Source: Nanobdellota archaeon
Lineage (GTDB): Archaea; Nanobdellota; Nanobdellia; Pacearchaeales; GW2011-AR1
Direction: 5' to 3'
Length of the DNA: 64,000 nt
Assembly: GCA_022561055.1 (NCBI GenBank)
Contig: JADFRY010000001.1
Span: 57,025-121,024 of the forward strand
In this document: piece after piece, positions 19,210-28,215 of the stretch
Position numbering within the stretch: position 1 is the stretch's first letter
Layout of the letters: each line of letters begins with the position of its first letter
Made by a program: the position numbers and the translations under genes
The notes under the pieces: generated by a model
The model's input: the letters and a program-made list of their open reading frames with translations, nothing else
What the model was told of the DNA's origin: nothing
The model's database searches: none

Positions 19210-19308
19210 CCCACCCAACCCGCCCTTTGCTATCATAATATATCCCTTACTATCATATACATCCCTTATTATCACAATACACATTTTGTTATCGCTATTA
19301 TCACAATA
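19210..19308 (-). repeat. G-quadruplex motif plus degenerate ~20-bp tandem repeats
   Basis: Minus strand GATAGCAAAGGGCGGGTTGGGTGGG (19234-19210); plus-strand units CCCTTTGCTATCATAATA, ATCCCTTACTATCATATAC, ATCCCTTATTATCACAATAC. Confidence 0.75.
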
Positions 19309-19378
19309 TTTAGAATGGAGTTATGTAATTAATAGAGGAAGATTTAATATAGAAATTTAATATAGAATAATATAAAAT

Positions 19379-19990
19379 TTAAGGTATTTTTCTTTTTAGT
19401 TTTATTATTTTGGATTTTTCGGTTTTATTTTTTTTAATTTTGATAATTTCTAGTTTTTTCTCTTCTTTTAATTTTTGTAATACTTCTTTTAATTCTTGCT
19501 CATTTGCTTCGTGTCTTGGGGAATTTATGTTAAGAGGTTCGTCGTAAACAGGAATTATATTTATTATTACCTCGTTGAATTTGGATTCTGTTTGGATTTC
19601 TGTGTTTTTTGCTTTTAGTTTTGATATTATTTTTTTAGAAATTTGTTTTGCTAATGTGAAAGCTTGCTCTGGAATTTGGTTTGTGTTTTTGGCTGGTTTT
19701 TTTGGAATAATTATTGTGTGACCTTTTGATATTGGTCTTATATCGAGAACAGCAATTGCGTCGTTATTTTCGTCAATTTTTTTTGAAGGTATATTCCCTT
19801 TTATAATTAGTCTGAAGACTTTTGCATTCTGCATTTGTTTTTGCTGTTGTTTCAACATTAGTTCTAATGCTTCCGCAGACATCGAATCTATTTGTTTTTC
19901 GGCTTGTTGACGTTGTTCTAGAGGAAGATGTTGGATTTGCTCAGAAAGCTGTTTTTTTAGTTCTTCGATTTGGGTGGGTGTGAGTGGCAT
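19379..19990 (-). CDS. HIT-fold protein with N-terminal helical extension and degenerate triad
   Basis: AVLDIRPISKGHTIIIPKK; HxHxH position reads EVIINIIP. Confidence 0.8.
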   Translation of the reverse strand: MPLTPTQIEELKKQLSEQIQHLPLEQRQQAEKQIDSMSAEALELMLKQQQKQMQNAKVFRLIIKGNIPSKKIDENNDAIAVLDIRPISKGHTIIIPKKPAKNTNQIPEQAFTLAKQISKKIISKLKAKNTEIQTESKFNEVIINIIPVYDEPLNINSPRHEANEQELKEVLQKLKEEKKLEIIKIKKNKTEKSKIIKLKRKIP

Positions 19991-20004
19991 TTTTAACCAA
20001 AAGC

Positions 20005-20138
20005 TTTCTTCCCATTTGTATTCGTTATCATTTTTAAAATACTCTCATCCAAAACTATAACTTTGGAAAACCTCAAGAACTTTTAGTTCTTGGGGCCCAG
20101 AAAACTGATAAGTTTTCTGGGTTTGTAGGAGTCAAACC
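20005..20138. mobile_element. non-autonomous hairpin insert flanked by 11-bp direct repeat
   Basis: TAACCAAAAGC at 19994-20004 and 20139-20149; core 20067-20137 closely matches 58347-58419. Confidence 0.7.
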
Positions 20139-20413
20139 TAACCAAAAGCCCTCCGATAATCTTCTATTTTTACAGATGAGACATTTTCTAGTTGATTCAG
20201 TTTTGATTCTATAATATCTGTGGATTTTTCTTCCGGCCAAGCCATTTTTAGCATTATCGCTTTAAGGCCGAAGGCAATTTCTTTTTCTTCGAAAGAAATA
20301 TTTTTTGCCCCTTGTTCTTCCATAGATTGTTTTGCTTTTTGCTCAATTTGTTTGAGATTCGTGTCTGGAGAAGAGGGCATTATTTTTACTATTACTGCTG
20401 CTATTCCCGGCAT
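20138..20413 (-). CDS. ef1b: translation elongation factor aEF-1beta
   Basis: KIMPSSPDTNL, IAFGLKAI signature. Confidence 0.95.
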   Translation of the reverse strand: MPGIAAVIVKIMPSSPDTNLKQIEQKAKQSMEEQGAKNISFEEKEIAFGLKAIMLKMAWPEEKSTDIIESKLNQLENVSSVKIEDYRRAFG

Positions 20414-20531
20414 GATTTTGTGTATATTGGAAAGTTTTTAAAGATATGTTTGGCTTTCCTGTTTATATCTCTTATTGTATATGTCGTTTTTGTATCATAA
20501 TTCTTTTAAATGGCGGACGTTTTTGAGTGTT

Positions 20532-21425
20532 ATGGATAATTATGATAAGTTGGTTGAGAGGATTTCTAAGTCGTCGGGGATTTCTTTGGAAGAAATTGAG
20601 AGGAAGATTGAGGCTAAGCGTGCGAAACTTTCTGGTTTGATTTCGAAAGAAGGGGCTGCACAAATAGTTGCAGCCGAGTTGGGAATTAGTTTTGATAATG
20701 AAAGATTGAAGATTTCTGAGCTGGTCCATGGGATGAAGAGGATTAATGTTGTCGGTCAGGTAACTAAAATCTTTCCTGTCAGGGAGTTTAATAAAAACGG
20801 AAGAGAAGGAAAAATAGGAAGTTTTCTTTTTGGGGACGATACGTCCAATGTGAGAGTTGTTTTGTGGGATATTAATCATATAGGACTAATAGAAAAGGGA
20901 GAGTTAAAAGAAGGAGATTTTTTTGAGATAACCAATGCTAGTGTTAGGAATGGGGAAATACATTTATCTGGTTTTTCAGATATTAAGTCTAGCAATGAGA
21001 AAATTGAAAATGTTAGAAGAGATAGAGTATTTTCTTTTGGAAAATTAAAAGATGCAAGCCCTGGCCAGAGAATGAGTGTGAGGGCCGTGATAGTTCAAGT
21101 TTTTGAGCCAAAATATTTTAGTCCTAAACAGGAAGGAAGTGAAGAAAAAACCAGAGCTTTGTTGAATTTAGTCTTAGACGATGGAACCGAAACAATTAGG
21201 GCTGTTTTATTCGGGGAGCAGATTAATAAATTAAATCTGACAGATGAAGAGATTTTTTCTTTGGAAAAGTTTAATGAAAAAAAAACAGGTTTGTTAGGTG
21301 AAGAGAAATTCTTTTCAGGGAATTTCAGGACAAATACTTTTTTTAATAATTTAGAAATGGCTATTGAAGAGGTTAAGGATATTGAGGTTGATGAGTTGGT
21401 TAAGGAATTAGAGGCTAAGGCATAG
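20532..21425 (+). CDS. rpa: replication protein A-like OB-fold ssDNA-binding protein
   Basis: GLISKEGAAQIVA N-domain; GDDTSNVRVVLWD and LDDGTETIRAVLF OB folds; ATG 20532. Confidence 0.85.
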   Translation: MDNYDKLVERISKSSGISLEEIERKIEAKRAKLSGLISKEGAAQIVAAELGISFDNERLKISELVHGMKRINVVGQVTKIFPVREFNKNGREGKIGSFLFGDDTSNVRVVLWDINHIGLIEKGELKEGDFFEITNASVRNGEIHLSGFSDIKSSNEKIENVRRDRVFSFGKLKDASPGQRMSVRAVIVQVFEPKYFSPKQEGSEEKTRALLNLVLDDGTETIRAVLFGEQINKLNLTDEEIFSLEKFNEKKTGLLGEEKFFSGNFRTNTFFNNLEMAIEEVKDIEVDELVKELEAKA

Positions 21426-21478
21426 ATTTATATTTTCTTTTTTCTTTTTGTTAAACTCTTAAATTTGAGGAAATTCCA

Positions 21479-21928
21479 ATGTTAATGAAAACCCATCTTG
21501 TGATAGGTGCTTTTGCTGTAGTTTTTTTCCTGCCTTATGTTAGTCATAAACTTATTTTTGTTCCTGTTGTTTTGATAGCGAGCCTTTTGCCAGATATAGA
21601 TTCTGGTTTTTCTACTCTTGGCAGGAGAAAAATTTTTAGGCCTTTACAGTTTTTGACTAAACATAGAGGGATTATCCATAGTTTTACTTTTTGCATCGCG
21701 GTTTCTGTTTTGCTTGCTTTTTACTTTCCACTCATAGCTTTTCCTTTCTTCTTAGGCTATGCTTTGCATTTACTCGCTGATTCTTGGACTATTGAGGGAA
21801 TAAGACCATTTTGGCCCTTGAAAGATATTTCCCGCGGAAAGATTAGAGTCGGCGGCACCATGGAGGAGACTGTTTTTATTGTTTTTATTATTCTGGACGC
21901 TATATTTTTGATTTTTTTGTTTATTTAG
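21479..21928 (+). CDS. membrane metal-dependent hydrolase (YdjM family)
   Basis: TH, SLLPDID, HRGIIHS, HLLAD, FWP. Confidence 0.88.
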   Translation: MLMKTHLVIGAFAVVFFLPYVSHKLIFVPVVLIASLLPDIDSGFSTLGRRKIFRPLQFLTKHRGIIHSFTFCIAVSVLLAFYFPLIAFPFFLGYALHLLADSWTIEGIRPFWPLKDISRGKIRVGGTMEETVFIVFIILDAIFLIFLFI

Positions 21929-21979
21929 TATATCCTCAAGCACTAAAATATTTATAAATCAATGACTTGTTTGAATATT

Positions 21980-22957
21980 ATGGCAAAGGAGAAAGAAGAG
22001 AAGGGAGAGAAAGAATACAAATTGACTGATATTCCTGGGATAGGCCCTGGTATTGCCGTGAAATTAGAAGCTTCCGGGATTTATGATTTAATGGGGCTTG
22101 CGGTTATATCTCCGAGTGACTTGGCAGAGTTAGCAGGAGTTGGTACGGCTGTTGCACGAAAGGCGATACAAGCGGCAAGAGGGATGATGAAGCTTGGGTT
22201 TACTGATGGAGCTGAATTTGACAGGAAGAGAAAAGATATAATTTATATTACGACTGGCAGTAAGAATTTTAATGATCTTCTTGGGGGAAAGGGTATTGAA
22301 TCGAAGTCTATGACAGAGGCTTATGGAGCGTTTGGGTCTGGCAAAACACAGCTTGGTTTAACATTAGCAGTTAATGTACAACTGCCTAAAGATAAGGGAG
22401 GAGCAAATGGAAAGGCAGTTTATGTTGATACTGAGGGAACTTTTAGACCCGATAGGATTAGGCAGATTGCAGAAGGAATCGGTGCCAATCCTGAAAAAGT
22501 TTTGAAAAATATTTTAATTGCTAGAGCATTTAACTCAGACCATCAGATTTTATTGATTGATAAAATAACTGAATTAATTAAAAACGGTGAGCCAATAAAA
22601 TTGGTCGTGATAGATTCTTTGACAGCTCATTTTAGAGCAGAGTTTTCTGGCAGAGGACAGTTAGCAGACAGGCAACAGAGATTGAATAGATATTTGCATC
22701 AGTTAATGAAATTAGCAGAGCAGCATAATTTAGCAGTTTATGTTACGAATCAGGTTATGTCAAATCCTGCAATGATGTTTGGAGACCCGACGACTGCTAT
22801 AGGTGGGCATATAGTTGGTCATGCTTCAACTTATAGAATTTATTTGAGGAGAGGAAAAGCTGGGAGCAGGGTTGCGAAGATGATAGATAGTCCGAATTTG
22901 CCTGAGAATGAAGCCCAGTTTTTTGTGACAGGAGCAGGTATTAGGGATGAGGGCTGA
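21980..22957 (+). CDS. radA: DNA recombinase RadA
   Basis: HhH N-domain, GAFGSGKTQ, DTEGTFRP, VIDSL, GGHIVGH; no intein. Confidence 0.97.
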   Translation: MAKEKEEKGEKEYKLTDIPGIGPGIAVKLEASGIYDLMGLAVISPSDLAELAGVGTAVARKAIQAARGMMKLGFTDGAEFDRKRKDIIYITTGSKNFNDLLGGKGIESKSMTEAYGAFGSGKTQLGLTLAVNVQLPKDKGGANGKAVYVDTEGTFRPDRIRQIAEGIGANPEKVLKNILIARAFNSDHQILLIDKITELIKNGEPIKLVVIDSLTAHFRAEFSGRGQLADRQQRLNRYLHQLMKLAEQHNLAVYVTNQVMSNPAMMFGDPTTAIGGHIVGHASTYRIYLRRGKAGSRVAKMIDSPNLPENEAQFFVTGAGIRDEG

Positions 22958-23082
22958 TGTCCCCACGGAGAATTGAACTCCGGTCTTAACCTATTCGCGA
23001 GTTCACTTCTTATGGTAGAGTTCATTACTAAAATGAGCTCCCTCACCGCAAGGTTATGTTCTATCCACTAAACTATGGGGAC
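22958..23082 (-). tRNA. tRNA-Arg(GCG) with 53-nt intron (22993-23045)
   Basis: GTCCCCA/TGGGGAC acceptor; TAACC-TTGCGG^A-GGTTA; BHB with TTGC/GCGA central helix. Confidence 0.92.
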
Positions 23083-23131
23083 TTACAACCCTTAGGATAA
23101 AAAAAATTAGAATATAAATGTTTTTAATTAA

Positions 23132-23559
23132 TTATTCTGATTTTGTCTCTTTACTTAGTAGACTTCTTCTCATGTCCAAATATCTTTCTCTTGCGCCTTC
23201 CACTATTCTATCCATTAGATCATATGCTGTTTGATGGTCTTGTGTTAGTTTTGGCCCTTCTTCTACTTTTAGAACTTTGGCTAAACCCGCTAGTGCCCAT
23301 ATAATTTAACATCCTCTTTTTTTATTCCTTGGTTTAGGGTAACAGGAATCATTAACTCTCTTCTTGTCTGTTCAGAGAAAAGGCCACATTCCTTTGCTCG
23401 GATGCTATAAAATTCTCTAATTCCTTGAATAGCTTTTGTTATTTTTCCTCTTTCTGATAAGGGATCTATTTCTTTTCCTTTAAATTTGAGAATTCTTTCT
23501 ACTTCACTTAAGGTTTCTAATGCTTTTGTGTAAAGTTTTCCTCTTTCTTTTTCATTCAT
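23132..23559 (-). pseudogene. hypothetical gene, apparently frameshifted near 23305
   Basis: ORF 23290..23559 overlaps a 57-codon frame (23305-23132, IIWALAGLAKVLKVEEGPKL...) that has no start codon at its 5' end. Confidence 0.45.
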
Positions 23560-23561
23560 TG

Positions 23562-24128
23562 TTAAAAGTGTTTGTCTAGTTCTTTTTGGTAGTCGTGTAG
23601 TTCTTCTGGTTTAAACCAGAGAGATATCTCTCTTTCCGCGGTTTTTGGAGAGTCTGATGCGTGTATAAGGTTTCTTAGAACTCTTTTATTTTTATCAGAT
23701 AGTTCATAGGATTCTGTCATTGCGAAGTCTCCACGGATTGTCCCTGGTGGGGATTGTCTTGGTTCTGTTGTTCCGACAATTTTTCTTACAATTTCTATTG
23801 CATGAGGTCCTTCGGCAACTATTGCAATGATAGGACCTTCCCTCAAGAAGTTAATATTCCAGGATTGTATTAGTGAGCCGAATTCCATATGGTTTTTATG
23901 CGGGAAAGGCTTTCCTTCTCTTTCATGGGTTTTTTTTGTTGTTTCAAATGATTTTCTAGCCCATTCTTCGTCTAAGGTATAATGGTTTCTTGCTAGATCC
24001 TCGTTTGCCCACACCATTTTCATTCCAATTACTTTTAATCCAATGTTTTCAATGCGAGTTAGTATTTTTCCTATGAGGCTGCGGACCACTCCATCATGTT
24101 TTATTAGGATGAGGGTTTTTTCTTGCAT
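23562..24128 (-). CDS. ndk: nucleoside diphosphate kinase
   Basis: EKTLILIKHDGV, PGTIRGDF, NLIHASDS. Confidence 0.95.
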   Translation of the reverse strand: MQEKTLILIKHDGVVRSLIGKILTRIENIGLKVIGMKMVWANEDLARNHYTLDEEWARKSFETTKKTHEREGKPFPHKNHMEFGSLIQSWNINFLREGPIIAIVAEGPHAIEIVRKIVGTTEPRQSPPGTIRGDFAMTESYELSDKNKRVLRNLIHASDSPKTAEREISLWFKPEELHDYQKELDKHF

Positions 24129-24246
24129 TAGGTATTTTAGAAAAAATCTGTTTATAAATATATATATATAATCTTTAGGACAAGTGCTGGTGTTATCTAT
24201 TGCTTATTTGCTAAATTATTAAAAAGTCGCCCCTTCTCAATTAGTT

Positions 24247-25473
24247 ATGGAAGTTATTGCTGATTTACAAATTCATTCTAAGTATGCGCGGGCGACTTCT
24301 AGTAATTTGAGCATTGACAACTTGGAAAAATACGGAAGGATGAAGGGTCTTGATTTAATGGGTGTCGGTGATTTTCAACACCCCTTACATAGGAAAGAAA
24401 TTGACGAAAAGCTGACAGAGGACGATAAAGGAATTTTAAGAACGAAGAATGGTTTTGCATTTTTATGGCAGACAGAAGTCAGCCTTATGTATGGTCAAGG
24501 AGGAAAAAGAAGAGCTGTTCATTTGTTAATTTTTGCTCCTAATACAAAACTTGCTGATGAGATTACTAAATATCTGGGAAGTAAAGGTCGTTTGGATTAT
24601 GATGGAAGGCCAATTTTTGGTATGTCATGTAGGGACCTTGTGAAAGATTTGAAAGAGATAGATGATAAAATAGAGATTATTCCTGCACATTGTATGACGC
24701 CTTGGTTTGGACTGTATGGAAGTAAGAGCGGGTTTGATTCTTTGGCTGAGTGTTTTCAAGATCAAGTAGATAAAATTTATGCGATTGAGTCAGGAATGAG
24801 TGCTGATCCTGGAATGCTTTGGAGGTTTGAAGAAGTTGCGAGCGGAAAGGTAAATGTGGTTAGCTTTAGTGATGCGCATAGTTTCTGGCCTTGGCGTATT
24901 GGTCGGGAAGCTACAATTTTTGAAATTCCTGATTTGAGTTATGATAATATTATCAAAGCAATAAGGACTGGTGAGGGTTTAAAAGCCACTATTGAAACGC
25001 CGCCTGCTTACGGCAAATATCATTGGGATGGACATAGAAATTGTAATTTTTCATGTTCACCTTCTGAGAGTAAGAAGTTGAATGGAATTTGTCCGAAATG
25101 CAATAAGCCACTGACGATTGGTGTTGATTATAGAGTTGAGGAAATTGCAAAAGAGCCAGAGGGATATAAACCAGAAAATGCTAAACATTATTATTTGTTG
25201 TTGCCATTGCATGAGCTGATTGCTTTGCATTTTGGTACATCTTTGAGTTCAAAGAAATCTTGGGAGATTTACAATTTTTTGATTAATGATTTTGATAATG
25301 AGTTTAATATTTTGTTGAATATTAGTAATGAAGAAATGATTAGAAAAAAAGTTGATGAGAAACTTGTTGAATTAATTTTATTGAATAGAGAAGGGCGATT
25401 GGAAGTCAAGCCTGGTTATGATGGGGAATATGGTGTCGTGCAACTTCCTGAGAAACAGAAGAAGTTGTTTTAG
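24247..25473 (+). CDS. endonuclease Q / TIGR00375-type PHP-domain protein
   Basis: DLQIHSKY, IPAH, SDAHS, GKYHWDGHR, CPKC, PGYDGEYG. Confidence 0.88.
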   Translation: MEVIADLQIHSKYARATSSNLSIDNLEKYGRMKGLDLMGVGDFQHPLHRKEIDEKLTEDDKGILRTKNGFAFLWQTEVSLMYGQGGKRRAVHLLIFAPNTKLADEITKYLGSKGRLDYDGRPIFGMSCRDLVKDLKEIDDKIEIIPAHCMTPWFGLYGSKSGFDSLAECFQDQVDKIYAIESGMSADPGMLWRFEEVASGKVNVVSFSDAHSFWPWRIGREATIFEIPDLSYDNIIKAIRTGEGLKATIETPPAYGKYHWDGHRNCNFSCSPSESKKLNGICPKCNKPLTIGVDYRVEEIAKEPEGYKPENAKHYYLLLPLHELIALHFGTSLSSKKSWEIYNFLINDFDNEFNILLNISNEEMIRKKVDEKLVELILLNREGRLEVKPGYDGEYGVVQLPEKQKKLF

Positions 25474-25595
25474 TTTTTAGGAGCATCTCTGATTTTGATG
25501 AATTTATAATGTGCTTCTTCTGTTTTTTCATTATTAATGGTTTTTTTCAAAGTGTAGATTTTCTTTTTGTTTTTTAGATAAAAGCGGAGTTTCAT
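25470..25595 (-). CDS. nop10: Nop10-like small protein (41 aa, no Zn cysteines), not in ORF track
   Basis: MKLRFYLKNKKKIYTLKKTINNEKTEEAHYKFIKIRDAPKN*; YTLK...KT..AH..F pattern; lies downstream of aIF2-alpha. Confidence 0.6.
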   Translation of the reverse strand: MKLRFYLKNKKKIYTLKKTINNEKTEEAHYKFIKIRDAPKN

Positions 25596-25596
25596 T

Positions 25597-26430
25597 TTAT
25601 TTTGTTTGTTTATGAAGATCTTTTTTAATTTTTGTTCCGATTAGTTCGAAAACTGCGTAGGGTATTATGACCAGGGCTATCCAGCCTAGGAATAACACCA
25701 TTATAGGTATTTCTAAGAAAGTTATGCTTTGGAAGGGGAAGTTCATATATTGCCATTCTTTTGCAAAAATATTTGGAAATTCATGAATGATCCCTTGTGT
25801 ATATGCAACAACGAGAATTAAAATCCCATATTTTAGAGATTTTGTTACAAATCTCTCTAACAGGTTGTCTTCCTTTACCCTTAGAATTAACTGATTAACT
25901 AAACCGTATCCTCCCCACACTACAAAGAAATAAATAAAAAAACCTTTGAAGGGTATATTCAGTGTGAGCGAGATTATGAGTCCTATTAAGCCTGTAATAA
26001 AAATCACTTTTGTAATAGATAGTGAGCGTTGGTGAGCCCACCTTCTTGCCCTTGGCTTTTCAATAAATATAGATTCTAAGAGGGCAAAAGAATAAACCAT
26101 TGTTAATCCACCCAAAGGATAGATGAATAAGTATAGGATTATGTAGTTGATTAGCGTATAACTTGGGTAGCTCCATAGTTTTGTGACCCATATTCCTAGT
26201 ATGAGGTCTGCAATAATCCCTAAGATAAAAAAAGCAAGGTAGATATTTAAAAAATATCTAAAATTAATTAATTCTTTTTTGTTAATTATTCTGAAAGTTC
26301 CTTTCAACATTAAGAAGATTCCGAGTAATAAAAATAAATAGAATTTATTGTAGTGGTAAATGAAAGCCATGATATTCGCTACAAAAAAAACAATAAATCC
26401 CAAGACTATCTGAATGACGGCTTTTTTCAT
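25597..26430 (-). CDS. integral membrane protein with duplicated WxY modules
   Basis: KLWSYP and HEFPNIFAKEWQY...EIP; about 8 TM. Confidence 0.7.
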   Translation of the reverse strand: MKKAVIQIVLGFIVFFVANIMAFIYHYNKFYLFLLLGIFLMLKGTFRIINKKELINFRYFLNIYLAFFILGIIADLILGIWVTKLWSYPSYTLINYIILYLFIYPLGGLTMVYSFALLESIFIEKPRARRWAHQRSLSITKVIFITGLIGLIISLTLNIPFKGFFIYFFVVWGGYGLVNQLILRVKEDNLLERFVTKSLKYGILILVVAYTQGIIHEFPNIFAKEWQYMNFPFQSITFLEIPIMVLFLGWIALVIIPYAVFELIGTKIKKDLHKQTK

Positions 26431-26445
26431 TTAAACTCTTTATAT

Positions 26446-27171
26446 TTATTTTACTTCCAATTGAACTTTGAGTTTTTTAGCTTTTTCTTTTATTTCTTCT
26501 AGAACTTTTTCCATGATAGAGTTTGCTATTTTGTAATCCTTTGCTTTTACTAATATTGAGAATTTTGAGGAACCCAGATATCTTATTTCTGCTTTATCTG
26601 TTTTTAATATTTTTTTTATGTCATCAAGTCCAGATTCTGAATTTGTTTTTAATTTTATTATTTCTTTTACTTCTTTTTCTTTATAGTGCTTTACAGAAAA
26701 GAATATTTTTTTTAGTTCTTCTAGTTTAGATTTAGGCACGAATTTTTTAATAATTTCAATAGTTTTGGGAGATTCACGGACCTCCTCTACGAAGTCTGCT
26801 AATTCATATTTCTCCTTTATTTTTTCTAATATATCAGGAGTTTTTTCTTTTAGGATTGGTTTTATCATGTTCGTTAGAATTTTTTCTTTTTTGTATCTTT
26901 CTAATACCTCTTTTCTTTCTTTGGCCGTTACTCTACGCAAACTTAATTCGATATTTCCTGGTTTTATTCTCAATACTTTACAAACAATTTTTTTGTTGGG
27001 AACTACGAAGTCTCTTATATTTCTTATTCTTCCAGGAGAGACTTCTGAGAAAATCATGTTTCCTTGTCCATTTTCTTCTATTTCTAAAAATACAGTAGTG
27101 CCCTCTACTCTTTTCACGGTGCATAAAACAACGTCGTCTTCTTTTAAGTTTAAAGGATTTTCAGATTCCAT
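26446..27171 (-). CDS. eif2a: translation initiation factor 2 alpha subunit
   Basis: S1 domain, SEVSPGRIRNIRD, IELSLRRV. Confidence 0.93.
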   Translation of the reverse strand: MESENPLNLKEDDVVLCTVKRVEGTTVFLEIEENGQGNMIFSEVSPGRIRNIRDFVVPNKKIVCKVLRIKPGNIELSLRRVTAKERKEVLERYKKEKILTNMIKPILKEKTPDILEKIKEKYELADFVEEVRESPKTIEIIKKFVPKSKLEELKKIFFSVKHYKEKEVKEIIKLKTNSESGLDDIKKILKTDKAEIRYLGSSKFSILVKAKDYKIANSIMEKVLEEIKEKAKKLKVQLEVK

Positions 27172-27205
27172 ATTATACTGGTAATTAGATGATTTTTAAA
27201 TATAA

Positions 27206-28015
27206 CTAGGAGGTCCCAGACCTCTTTGAACATAAAAAGAAACCCCTTTTCATGTTATCTGTAAAGTATCCTGTTTGTTTGATTTCGTCTTCTACTTTTT
27301 GTTTTATTACTTCCATTGCATGAGTCCATTCTTTTTCAGATGAGGGATTAAAGAAATTCTTGATTGAATTTAGCGTCTCCATATATATTTTTGAATCTTT
27401 TATTATTATTTCTCTTTCATAGATGAATGTATTATCTACTCTGAATACTTTTTCTAGCTGTCTTTTTCCGTTTCTTAAATTGAATTTAGAGCTGAATTTT
27501 GGGAAGGGTTCTGACTTTATTATTTTTTCTACTTCTTTTCTGAATTTTTTGTGTTTTGCTCTGTTTTCTTGGCTACTTGTGGAGATTATTAATTTTCCTT
27601 CAATTTTGAGTACTCTGTTCCATTCATGTAGCGTTTTTTGTATATTTGGCATGTGATATAACATGAAAAATGCTATTATTATATCAATTGATTTATCAGG
27701 GAAAGATAGCTTATCGGCTCCCCCAACTATGAATTCAATTCCTTCTTGCTTATTTTTGTGGAACATTTTTTCATTTGTGTCTAAACCAGCTAATTTTCCT
27801 TTGTGCCCGCTTGCTTTTATGTGCGAGAGAAAATTTCCGTCTCCGCAACCAATATCTAAGATAGTCTCATTTCCTTTTAGATCTAATTTGTTAATTGCTT
27901 CTTGAATTAGATTGGTTTTTGGTGAGGTGTATTCGTAAATATTCCATCTTGCTTTTACCTTTTCAGGAGTTGAATATTGGTCTTTTAATTGAGATTTTTC
28001 AAGTGTTGAACTCAT
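27206..28015 (-). CDS. class I SAM-dependent methyltransferase
   Basis: ILDIGCGDG, MLYHM, RVLKIEG. Confidence 0.9.
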   Translation of the reverse strand: MSSTLEKSQLKDQYSTPEKVKARWNIYEYTSPKTNLIQEAINKLDLKGNETILDIGCGDGNFLSHIKASGHKGKLAGLDTNEKMFHKNKQEGIEFIVGGADKLSFPDKSIDIIIAFFMLYHMPNIQKTLHEWNRVLKIEGKLIISTSSQENRAKHKKFRKEVEKIIKSEPFPKFSSKFNLRNGKRQLEKVFRVDNTFIYEREIIIKDSKIYMETLNSIKNFFNPSSEKEWTHAMEVIKQKVEDEIKQTGYFTDNMKRGFFLCSKRSGTS

Positions 28016-28191
28016 TATATTACTCTTTTTATTTGAGCTTTTATCTTAGCTTTGCCTCCCCTTGGTTTGATTAGGAGTTTATTACACGAGCGACATTTGA
28101 CTCTTATAGAAGCTTTGCCAAATGTTATTTGTAGATAGTTACATCTAGGACATTTTATTTTTATGAACTTACTTTCTATTGTTTTTATCAT
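28015..28191 (-). CDS. rps27e: ribosomal protein eS27, not in ORF track
   Basis: MIKTIESKFIKIKCPRCNYLQITFGKASIRVKCRSCNKLLIKPRGGKAKIKAQIKRVI*. Confidence 0.95.
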   Translation of the reverse strand: MIKTIESKFIKIKCPRCNYLQITFGKASIRVKCRSCNKLLIKPRGGKAKIKAQIKRVI

Positions 28192-28215
28192 AGAATTCTG
28201 TAAGTAAACAGTTTT

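Noticed and set aside
19223-19308. CRISPR mini-array
   Set aside because: Repeats are contiguous and degenerate, without spacers.
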